Origin: an uncultured archaeon
GTDB taxonomy: Archaea > Altiarchaeota > Altiarchaeia > IMC4 > SCGC-AAA252-I15
Length of the DNA stretch: 12,958 nucleotides
Direction: 5' to 3'
NCBI GenBank assembly: GCA_964587725.1
Contig: CAZPLO010000032.1
Span: forward strand, 1 to 12,958
Numbering within the stretch: the stretch's first letter is position 1; each line of letters begins with the position of its first letter. The notes beneath the pieces were generated by a model. That model did no database searches, had not been told where the DNA came from, and saw only the letters and a list, made by a program, of their open reading frames with translations. Positions 5,689 through 12,958 of the stretch are shown in pieces. A program made the translations under genes and the position numbers.

Positions 5689-6963
5689 ATGTTTTTCGAA
5701 GACATAGGGTTGAAGGTTCCGGAGCTGCTGCTGCCCTCCGATTCCGTCGACCTCACCCGTTGGTCGGTCATCGCATGCGACCAGCACACCGCCAAACCAC
5801 AGTACTGGAAACAGGTTGAGGATATGGTGGGCGACCAGCCGTCGACGCTGAACATCATATACCCTGAAGTCTACATGGGCTCCGAAGACAGGACCGCGCG
5901 TGTGAACAGGATAGTGGAACACATGAACCGTTACCTTGAAGCGGGGGTGCTGACGCCACAGAAGCCGGGGTTCATCGCAGTGGAACGGACCCTCGCGTCC
6001 GGGCGCGTGAGGAAGGGGTTGGTGGCGGCGCTGGACCTGGAGGGATACGACTACAGCCCCGACTCCAAAAGCCTTATACGGCCGACCGAAGGCACTTACA
6101 TAGACAAAGTCCACACCCGCGTGGAGGTGCGGGAGAAAGCCCCCCTGGAGGCCTCACACATTCTCGTGCTCATAGACGACCCTGAAAAAACAGTCATCGA
6201 ACCCCTGTTCAAAAAAAAACTGGAGAAGGCATACGACTTCGAGCTGATGATAGGCGGCGGACGCGTGAAAGGCTACCGAGTCGACGATGAAGTATTGCTG
6301 GAGGAGGTCGCGGACAGCCTCAGGAAACTTCATAAAATGGAAGGCAGATACTCCGGAGGCAACGGCATACTCTACGCCATGGGCGACGGCAACCACTCCT
6401 TCGCCACCGCCAAGACGGTGTGGGAGAAGGTAAAAAAAGACGGTGGAGGGCTGGACCATCCCGCACGGTATGCGGTGGTGGAGCTGGTGAACATACACGA
6501 CCCAGGGTTGTGGGTGGGCCCCATACACCGCGTACTGTCGAACGTGAAGGCGGAGGACGTGCTGGCGGAGATGGAATCCTTTTTCACCGGACAAGGCAGC
6601 GTATTCAACGTCGGAGAAGACTCCGGCGAAGGACACCATATACCATACGTCTCCGGCAGCACACGCGGGACAATAACCATCAAGAAACCGAAGGCAATGA
6701 TAGAGACGGGGAGCCTGGAGGCGTTCCTCGACCACTACATCACAGTGAACAGGAAGGCTAAGGTGGACTTCATACACGGCGAAGACGTGGTCTACGAACT
6801 CGGCTCCCGAATGGGCTCTGTGGGATTCATCCTCCCCGACTGGGACAAAAACGAGATATTCGACTATGTCACAGCCAACGGCCCGTTCCCGAGGAAAACC
6901 ATCTCCATGGGCAGAGCTGACGAGAAACGATACTACGTGGAATGCAGGAAAATAGTTGAATAA
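5689..6963 (+). CDS. DUF1015 family protein (424 aa)
   Basis: Motifs WSVIACDQHT, PSTLNIIYPEVY, YDYSPDSKSLIRPTEGT, LYAMGDGNHSFATAK, VELVNIHD…PIHRVL and GPFPRKT.SMG…EKRYY.ECR. Start reassigned to ATG 5689 (GGTGA at 5680-5684), because the track's 5443 start overlaps hppA. Confidence 0.88.
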   Translation: MFFEDIGLKVPELLLPSDSVDLTRWSVIACDQHTAKPQYWKQVEDMVGDQPSTLNIIYPEVYMGSEDRTARVNRIVEHMNRYLEAGVLTPQKPGFIAVERTLASGRVRKGLVAALDLEGYDYSPDSKSLIRPTEGTYIDKVHTRVEVREKAPLEASHILVLIDDPEKTVIEPLFKKKLEKAYDFELMIGGGRVKGYRVDDEVLLEEVADSLRKLHKMEGRYSGGNGILYAMGDGNHSFATAKTVWEKVKKDGGGLDHPARYAVVELVNIHDPGLWVGPIHRVLSNVKAEDVLAEMESFFTGQGSVFNVGEDSGEGHHIPYVSGSTRGTITIKKPKAMIETGSLEAFLDHYITVNRKAKVDFIHGEDVVYELGSRMGSVGFILPDWDKNEIFDYVTANGPFPRKTISMGRADEKRYYVECRKIVE

Positions 6964-7467
6964 TCAGCCGGGCCGCTTCAGTTTCACGTCGATGTCTATG
7001 AGCTGCTGCTGATAATCTGAGACGATGCGCTTGAAGTTTTTCTCCTCCAGTCCGCCGCCTGCGAACCGTTCCTCCGCCTTCCTAATCAGCTCCTGTATGC
7101 GTTTGCGCTCCGCCTCCAGGCGAAGCACCTCCTCCGGGGGAACGCCCTTGACCTCGTCTTCCTTCCTGCCTATGACCTTCTCCCGCTCCTCCAGTTCTTT
7201 GACCTTTTCGGCCTTCAGCTTGGCCTCCCGGTCGGCCAGCTGTTTCTCCCGCTCCGAAAGCCGCTCCCGCTCCGACTTCGGTTTCGGCGGAGGCTCCGGC
7301 TTGGGCTGCTCCTTCACCGCTGTCTCCTCTGCGGCCTCCCGGAACGCGGTCTCCTCGGTGAATCCGCGGCCTCTCCTGCCCACCAACGCCCTCAGAATCA
7401 ACACAATAAGGCCTGCGGCAACCAGCGCTCCCACCGCCGTCAAACCATACAGCAGCTCCTCAAGCAT
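6964..7467 (-). CDS. Single-pass membrane protein with Pro-rich linker, charged coiled coil and SHOCT-like C-terminal helical module (167 aa)
   Basis: N-terminal TM segment followed by RRGR, then PKPEPPPKPK, an E/K/R-rich heptad region and C-terminal AEERF..GGLEEKNFKRIV..Y. Start taken at ATG 7467, with G-rich GGGGG upstream. Confidence 0.75.
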   Translation of the reverse strand: MLEELLYGLTAVGALVAAGLIVLILRALVGRRGRGFTEETAFREAAEETAVKEQPKPEPPPKPKSERERLSEREKQLADREAKLKAEKVKELEEREKVIGRKEDEVKGVPPEEVLRLEAERKRIQELIRKAEERFAGGGLEEKNFKRIVSDYQQQLIDIDVKLKRPG

Positions 7468-7528
7468 ATTTTTCCCCCGCCCACACGCTATAATCCATTT
7501 AAACCCAGCGTAATATAACTTTACCAAG

Positions 7529-9082
7529 ATGCGGTTGGCTGCCTTGATTCTCGTAGCGTTGGCTGCCGGTGCAGCAGCCCAGGACTGCGGCGTTGAGCTA
7601 GTGGACGAAGCCTACGGCATACACGTGGTCGTCGAATCCTGCAGCAGCATAGGCTCATACTCCATCGGCGGACTATACGACGGAGGCTGGGAGAGACTCA
7701 CCTTCCACTACCCCCTGCCGTGGCGGGGAACGTTCACCACATTCAACGCCAATGGCACACTCTACTGCACCTCCCGGAACCCCCGGGACTGCACGTTGAT
7801 GGACGAATACAGTGACGGCGTATCATCCGGCCGAGACTACGTGACCGCCTCATGGACTCTCCCGGAGGCGGAGGTCACCCAGACCCACCGGGTGATGGAG
7901 AACAGGACCGTCATCGAATACAGTATACGGAACACCGACTCCGTGAACCATACTGTGGGGGTGCGCCTGCACATCGACACCATGCTCGGACTGAACGACG
8001 GAGCACCCATATACCTGCCCGGCGTCGGACTCAAAACCACGGAGGCGGAGTACACCGGCGGCCAGCTGACATTCGGCTACTGGAAGGCCTACAACCGGCC
8101 AGACCACCCCAGCATCGTGGCAACCGGCACCCTAGACCCAAAGCAGGACATGACCTATCCCGTGAAGGTTGTGGTCGCGGACTGGAAACGGAGCAAAGAC
8201 ACCGCATGGGAGTATGCCCCAGCAGAGCTGCCGGTGACCGGAGACAGCGCAGTAATAATATACTATAGTATGTTCCTGGAGCCCGGCCAAGAAGACACGA
8301 TATCGTTCGGGTACGGCAGCGAAGCCCCCGTCCTCCGCGAAGAACAGGGGAGGGTGGGGTTGACTGAGATAACGTTGGACCGCATACGCGGCCTGTACTG
8401 CCCGGGCGACACAGTCCAATTGAAGGCGGACGTGCTGAGCGCCGGAGAAGACCGCAGCGGCACAGTCCGCATGGAAGTGTACGACGGCACAGTATACTAC
8501 AACGTCTCCGAGCAGTCTTCGTTCCCGGCGGACCAAGTCCGCACCCTAACGTTCAACTGGCCCATACCAGAACTCGAAGGCGACCGAGCCTTCACAGTCA
8601 AGGCCACACTCTACAACGACTCCGGCGTCGTGGGAGAAATCGTCCGAGAGGACGCCGTCCGCATACAGCAGAGCAGGTGCGTGAGCCCGGTGGTGAAGGT
8701 GGGCGGCGACATACTCAAGGGCTCCCTGCTGGTGGCGGCAGTGGTGGCGGTGGGCCTCCTGTCCACAGCCCTAGCGTACCTGTGGTACAGCCGCGGCAGC
8801 GTCGAATTCACCAAACACGTCGACGGCGAACACGTGTCTGTGACCGTGTTCAACAACACCCGCCGCACCATCCGGGACGTGTTGATAGAAGACACCATCC
8901 CCGGGGACGCGGAAATCAGCGTGAATACCATGAACGTCTTGAGGACGCAGAACATGCTGCGGTGGAAGGTCGGCAGCCTAGCAGCCGGGGGGGAGGCGAC
9001 GCTGGAATACAGGATAGACGGAGGGAACGCGGTGCCGGATTCGGTGCTGCGGTGGGACCGCGGCGCAACCAGGCTGAAGTAG
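7529..9082 (+). CDS. Membrane-anchored cell-surface protein (517 aa): signal peptide, beta-rich domain with IDTMLGLNDGAP motif, Ig-like domain, TM helix and post-TM Ig/DUF11-like domain
   Basis: Signal peptide MRLAALILVALAAGAAA, several N-x-S/T sequons and a TM segment near aa 400-421. The C-terminal domain reads VSVTVFNNT…IEDTIPG…LRWKVGSL..GGEATLEYRI. TTTAAA at 7498-7503 lies 25 nt upstream. Confidence 0.8.
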   Translation: MRLAALILVALAAGAAAQDCGVELVDEAYGIHVVVESCSSIGSYSIGGLYDGGWERLTFHYPLPWRGTFTTFNANGTLYCTSRNPRDCTLMDEYSDGVSSGRDYVTASWTLPEAEVTQTHRVMENRTVIEYSIRNTDSVNHTVGVRLHIDTMLGLNDGAPIYLPGVGLKTTEAEYTGGQLTFGYWKAYNRPDHPSIVATGTLDPKQDMTYPVKVVVADWKRSKDTAWEYAPAELPVTGDSAVIIYYSMFLEPGQEDTISFGYGSEAPVLREEQGRVGLTEITLDRIRGLYCPGDTVQLKADVLSAGEDRSGTVRMEVYDGTVYYNVSEQSSFPADQVRTLTFNWPIPELEGDRAFTVKATLYNDSGVVGEIVREDAVRIQQSRCVSPVVKVGGDILKGSLLVAAVVAVGLLSTALAYLWYSRGSVEFTKHVDGEHVSVTVFNNTRRTIRDVLIEDTIPGDAEISVNTMNVLRTQNMLRWKVGSLAAGGEATLEYRIDGGNAVPDSVLRWDRGATRLK

Positions 9083-9113
9083 TTATAAACGAGGCATCGA
9101 ATATGTATCGAAG
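9083..9113 (+). promoter_or_regulatory. Leaderless TATA promoter for rpa
   Basis: TTATAAA at 9083-9089 lies 24 nt before ATG 9114, with no SD. ATCGAA is repeated at 9096 and 9107. Confidence 0.6.
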
Positions 9114-10739
9114 ATGACGGAAGTGGATGAACTCTTGAACAAGATCGTGGAGGAGAGCGGGAAGCCGGTGGACGAGATTAAGGAAAAGATGCGGGAGCGG
9201 AAGGAGAAAACCCACGGCCTCCTCAGCGACTACGGCGCCCTCTACGCCGTGGCGAAGGAATACGGCATAGACCTGAGCAGCGGCGAAACATCCGTCACGC
9301 CGCTGGCGGACGTGCAGCCCGCCAACTCCGTCAACGTCATCGGCAGGGCCAAAACCATATACAGCGAGCGTGAGTTCAGCAGGAAGGACGGAGGCAAGGG
9401 GAAGTTCGCGTCCGTTGTTATAGTGGACGGGAGCGGCGAACGCCGGGTCGTGCTGTGGGACCAGAACACCGCCGCGGTCAAGAAACTTCACGTGGGCGAC
9501 ATACTCCTGGTGAAGAACGGCTACGCCAAAGACAACCGCGGACAGATTGAAGTCCACGCCGGAGCACTCACCAACCTCGTAATCAACCCCCAGAACGTGA
9601 CCATAGAACTGCCGGAGGTTTCCGAACGCATAGACAGCATCAGTGCGCTGGATCCGGGACTCCCTTCGGTGAACGTGACATGCAGGGTCGACACATACTA
9701 CCCGAAGACGGAGTTCAAGCGGAGCGACGGGTCGACGGGTTCGCGCGCATCCTTCATAGGCGAGGACGAGACGGGAACCATACGCGTGGTGCTGTGGGAC
9801 CCGCTGTCCGAAACGGAACTGAAGGAAGGCGACATAGTGAAACTGGAGAACGCCTACACCCGCGAAGGATTGAACGGCGAAACGGAATTGCAGGCTGGCA
9901 GCCGCAGCCGCATAGTCAAGTCGGACGCGAAACTGAAGCTGAAGCCCCTGGAGAAGAAGACCGCCGGCGTGGTGAAGGTGTCGGACGTGAAGCCGGACAT
10001 GAAATCATTGACTTTGGAGGCCAGGGTATTGAGGGTCTACGAGCCCCGGGAGTACAGCAAGGGGATGATGGCGTCGCTTATCGTGGGCGATGAGACAGGC
10101 ACCATCCGCGTGGTACTGTGGAACGAGCAGTCGAAGGTCGCCAACGAGCTCAAGGACGGGGACGCCGTCCGCATCAAAAACGGTTACAGCCGCGCCAACA
10201 TGAACGACGAAGCGGAAGTCCACGTAGGCAAATACAGCGAGGTGACGGTGGACTCCGGAATCAAGGCCCCGTCCGTGGGCGAAATAAACGAGTTATTGAC
10301 TGAAGAGAAGAGCATCATCGACTTGGATGCGAGCGACCGGTTCGTGAAGGTGAAGGGCAGGGTCGTGGAGGTGGAGGAGCGGCAGATGTTCTACATGACA
10401 TGCGGCGAATGCGGGAAGAAGGTGCAGAACCTCGGCGGCGAATGGATGTGCGACGAATGCGGGGTCGTGGAAGGAAGCCCGAACATGATACTGTCGATTG
10501 TGCTGGAGGACGACACAGGCAACATACGTGCTGTGGCGTTCAGGGACATGGCGGAGAAGCTGGCGGGGTTGGACGCGGAGGAGGCGATGAACTTGATAGG
10601 GGAGCTGCAGGATGAGCTCGCTCCGCTGGCGAAGGCCCGTGAAAACCTGGGAGGCTCCGAGATAACCGTGATGGGGCGCGTAAACTACAACGAATACAGC
10701 GACCAGCTGGAGTTCATAGTCGGCGAGGTCGTCGCCTAA
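9114..10739 (+). CDS. rpa: Replication protein A large subunit (archaeal ssDNA-binding protein) with four OB folds and a C4 zinc finger (541 aa)
   Basis: N-terminal helical domain (GLLSDYGALYAVAKEYGI). OB repeats carry DGSGERRVVLWD, DETGTIRVVLWD, DETGTIRVVLWN and DDTGNIRAVAF. CGEC (10401-10412) and CDEC (10449-10460) lie within the last OB fold. Confidence 0.93.
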   Translation: MTEVDELLNKIVEESGKPVDEIKEKMRERKEKTHGLLSDYGALYAVAKEYGIDLSSGETSVTPLADVQPANSVNVIGRAKTIYSEREFSRKDGGKGKFASVVIVDGSGERRVVLWDQNTAAVKKLHVGDILLVKNGYAKDNRGQIEVHAGALTNLVINPQNVTIELPEVSERIDSISALDPGLPSVNVTCRVDTYYPKTEFKRSDGSTGSRASFIGEDETGTIRVVLWDPLSETELKEGDIVKLENAYTREGLNGETELQAGSRSRIVKSDAKLKLKPLEKKTAGVVKVSDVKPDMKSLTLEARVLRVYEPREYSKGMMASLIVGDETGTIRVVLWNEQSKVANELKDGDAVRIKNGYSRANMNDEAEVHVGKYSEVTVDSGIKAPSVGEINELLTEEKSIIDLDASDRFVKVKGRVVEVEERQMFYMTCGECGKKVQNLGGEWMCDECGVVEGSPNMILSIVLEDDTGNIRAVAFRDMAEKLAGLDAEEAMNLIGELQDELAPLAKARENLGGSEITVMGRVNYNEYSDQLEFIVGEVVA

Positions 10740-10960
10740 AGATTCTCCAGCAGACCCATCTTACGGTTTATCCACCGCACACCAGCTGCGGCCATGACCT
10801 CCCAGAACACGTTAACCCCTTCCTGGAGGCTGCGCTCCCGCATCTTCCGCAGCTGATACCCTACGGACGCCTCGGATACGCCGGCCTTCTCAGCTATCTC
10901 ACGGTGGCTCCACCCCAGCGCACGCAACTGCATAATCAACGCCAGACTGTCTTCAGCCAT
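10736..10960 (-). CDS. Small helix-turn-helix DNA-binding protein (74 aa)
   Basis: HTH pattern LRALGWSHREIAEKAGVSEASVGYQLRK with SD AGGTGA upstream. Its stop overlaps the rpa stop convergently (10736-10739). Confidence 0.82.
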   Translation of the reverse strand: MAEDSLALIMQLRALGWSHREIAEKAGVSEASVGYQLRKMRERSLQEGVNVFWEVMAAAGVRWINRKMGLLENL

Positions 10961-10983
10961 CTAAAATCACCTAAACAAAATTG

Positions 10984-11014
10984 TATCTTTCCTTTAAAAA
11001 ACGAGTGAAAGATA
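10984..11014 (-). promoter_or_regulatory. 8-bp inverted repeat bracketing the TATA box of the HTH gene; candidate operator or DUF63 terminator hairpin
   Basis: TATCTTTC (10984-10991), a 15-nt spacer containing minus-strand TTTTTTAAAG, then GAAAGATA (11007-11014). Confidence 0.55.
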
Positions 11015-11022
11015 TGAAAACG

Positions 11023-11847
11023 TCACCCCAGGATGAGGAGGATGCTGTTACGTATGGCGGGGCCCGCCCCCAACACGATGATGACGAACTTGATGAAGCG
11101 GCGGCCGAATTCGTCGCCGCGCATCTCATCGTCTATCACATACAATGCCGGCAGCAGAACCAGGGCCTTCAGCGGATACATTACCGCTGCAGTACCAAGC
11201 AGGTCTATGAAGAACGTCGGCACCACATGCTTTTCCACATGCCCCAGCAAATCCACTCCAACGTATGTCGTCGACGCGTCGAACAAGTGCACTAACGCAA
11301 TGTGGAAGTTGCCTTCAAAATCCAGGTACGTGAGGTTCATCAGCCGCTTCAGCGCATACAGCAGCCCCGCAGCGATGAGGAAGAACACGGTGACCGTTAC
11401 GAAACGGTCCCAGTGGCGGACGACCGGGAGGATGAGCAGGATATTGTATATGCAGAGCAGGCCGCCTAGGCCGCCTGCCACCAACCGGTAGTCGACGCCC
11501 CATTTCCTCTGCACACCCAACCCCAAGAGTATCGCCGCCAGGGTGAGGAGGAACATGGTGAAGTAGATGCCCGGCGCGACGAGGAAGAAGTTGCCGGGGT
11601 ACTCCGCGTATCCGGGGTATATGCCGAGGCCGCGGTCCACCAGCTCCCGCAGCGTACTCCCGTAGAATATGTAAGGGAAAAGCATCAGCATAAACCACCC
11701 GTCGAATCTTCCCAGAAGCGGCTTCAGCCGCGGAATCAGCCGAAACACCAAGTAACCCAGCACCAGCCCATACGTCAACGTGTTCACGATATTATAACCC
11801 GGCGTCAGATACCACCGGACGATAAAGTCCTGGAGCACATCCAACAT
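11023..11847 (-). CDS. DUF63 family archaeal multi-pass membrane protein (274 aa)
   Basis: Motifs GYNIVNTLTYG, GSTLRELVD, VAPGIYF, HLFDASTTYVGVD…EKHVVP, MYPLKA and LGAGPAIRN. ATAAAAA (minus strand, 11871-11877) lies 23 nt upstream. Confidence 0.87.
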   Translation of the reverse strand: MLDVLQDFIVRWYLTPGYNIVNTLTYGLVLGYLVFRLIPRLKPLLGRFDGWFMLMLFPYIFYGSTLRELVDRGLGIYPGYAEYPGNFFLVAPGIYFTMFLLTLAAILLGLGVQRKWGVDYRLVAGGLGGLLCIYNILLILPVVRHWDRFVTVTVFFLIAAGLLYALKRLMNLTYLDFEGNFHIALVHLFDASTTYVGVDLLGHVEKHVVPTFFIDLLGTAAVMYPLKALVLLPALYVIDDEMRGDEFGRRFIKFVIIVLGAGPAIRNSILLILG

Positions 11848-11973
11848 GGTAGATATATGAGGACACTAGCTTTTTATTTCCAAAACACACATCAGATCCC
11901 CTAAAACACTTATAAAGGCTTTGTTTTTAATAGCAATACGCCTAATAATAAATAGTGGGTGTAGAGGTGACAC

Positions 11974-12216
11974 ATGGAAAAAGTTTCTATTAAGGATTTC
12001 TCTAGAGAGTCAAAGGTATTGCTATTAAAAGAACTTGGGTATACTGCTAATGATATGCAGATAATAGACAAGGATGGTAGAATTGTGAGGGACAAATACA
12101 CTGGAGAAGAGGTAAGTCTAGATAATATGGTGATTTTTCCAGGAAGTGAAATAATTCTCAATGACAGCCCTTTGAGTATAGCAGCGTACATGCAGGAATA
12201 CGGAGATGTCCTCTGA
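11974..12216 (+). CDS. Hypothetical small acidic protein (80 aa)
   Basis: SD GAGGTGA at 11964-11970, with TATA-like boxes at 11910-11916 and 11924-11932. Overlaps the next gene by 11 nt. No family recognised. Confidence 0.8.
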   Translation: MEKVSIKDFSRESKVLLLKELGYTANDMQIIDKDGRIVRDKYTGEEVSLDNMVIFPGSEIILNDSPLSIAAYMQEYGDVL

Positions 12217-12898
12217 AGGTCCTGACTACTCTGATTTAGTAAAGGGCACTACAGGAGCCGCTATTGAGTATGGAGAAACTAGGATAAAAGAGTTAGTCAA
12301 GAAATTTAGAAACAGAGAATTATCCTTCATAAATGATCCATCAACTATCGAGATAGTTAAAGAACAGATAAGAACTAGTGAGTTTAAACTTACGTCAAAA
12401 TATGTGAGAGATAGAGAGCTTCAGCTTATAGTACAAATGGGGTTAACCCTAAGGCAGTTGGAGAAAGAAAAACAGATGGATAAAGTTCTAAAATTAAAGG
12501 GGGACATACATAGAAAATATAAAAGCTGGGGGGTACATGCTGCACAAGCAGTTCAGGCAGGCATTGTAATAGGTTTCTTGGAACTTTTTATTGACAATAT
12601 TACAGATGAGACAGAACTTTGTTATGCTATAGAAGATATTTTGATAAATATTGACAAACTTGTTGTATACGTCAAGGAGGAACATGAAGTAGAATATTTG
12701 CTAAAGAGGATAGAGACAATTTTACTGGCCCACAACCCACAAGCAATGTTAATATGTAGTAAATACTCAGCAAATAAGGTAATGGAAAGATTAATAAAAG
12801 AACTTGAATCAGAGTTAGTTGATTATAATATGGAAGTAAAAAGAAGTCAAAATACAATATTCACAGCCTTGGAACGGAAAGACATCCATTGTGCTTAA
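12206..12898 (+). CDS. Hypothetical protein (230 aa), mostly helical with a C-terminal alpha/beta region
   Basis: A 693-nt open frame in AT-rich DNA is unlikely by chance, and it is coupled to the upstream 80-aa gene. No family recognised. Confidence 0.85.
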   Translation: MSSEGPDYSDLVKGTTGAAIEYGETRIKELVKKFRNRELSFINDPSTIEIVKEQIRTSEFKLTSKYVRDRELQLIVQMGLTLRQLEKEKQMDKVLKLKGDIHRKYKSWGVHAAQAVQAGIVIGFLELFIDNITDETELCYAIEDILINIDKLVVYVKEEHEVEYLLKRIETILLAHNPQAMLICSKYSANKVMERLIKELESELVDYNMEVKRSQNTIFTALERKDIHCA

Positions 12899-12930
12899 AA
12901 TAGTGCTGTGTTGCACAATTAGTGGGTGTT

Positions 12931-12955
12931 CTTTGGTTTTTTCAAGTCTAAACCA
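12931..12955 (+). terminator. Possible terminator of the low-GC operon
   Basis: T-tract at 12937-12942 after the stop, and inverted repeat TGGTTT (12934-12939) / AAACCA (12950-12955). Confidence 0.4.
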
Positions 12956-12958
12956 TTT

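Larger units (their letters stand above)
11880..12958. other. Low-GC segment, probably horizontally acquired; runs to the window end
   Basis: Sampled 60-nt lines give 27-28% GC (lines 12301 and 12601) versus 68% in hppA (line 4921). Third codon positions switch to A/T. Confidence 0.8.

Noticed and set aside
6211-6219. A9 homopolymer as a frameshift or phase-variation site
   Set aside because: It encodes KKK in an intact frame, with no sign of a second functional frame.
9096-9112. ATCGAA repeat at 11-bp spacing as an rpa operator
   Set aside because: Only two 6-bp copies, which cannot be distinguished from chance here.
11910-12857. Minus-strand ORFs (93, 63 and 61 aa) in the low-GC segment
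   Set aside because: Antisense to two better-supported coupled genes and lacking clear start signals.

Overview
Archaeal chromosomal window of about 60% GC, estimated by eye from sampled lines. The gene content and the Cys/Thr-rich lipoproteins suggest a DPANN-type archaeon, possibly Altiarchaeota (inference). From left to right it holds two coupled Cys-rich lipoproteins, a YhhQ/DUF165 7-deazaguanine-precursor transporter, a small membrane protein, a modular Cys-rich surface lipoprotein and a hypothetical protein. Next come a K+-dependent (probably Na+-pumping) membrane pyrophosphatase divergent from a DUF1015 gene, and two membrane-anchored proteins. The right end has a 4-OB-fold zinc-finger RPA, a small HTH protein, a DUF63 membrane protein and an abrupt low-GC (about 30-35%) two-gene cassette. 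Two short ORFs absent from the ORF track stand out. One is a 55-aa ribbon-helix-helix protein translationally coupled to yhhQ, with four AATATT boxes in its promoter. The other is a 26-aa hydrophobic ORF with its own TATA box that overlaps the yhhQ 3' end in antisense. No tRNA, rRNA, CRISPR array, transposase or integrase was recognised.
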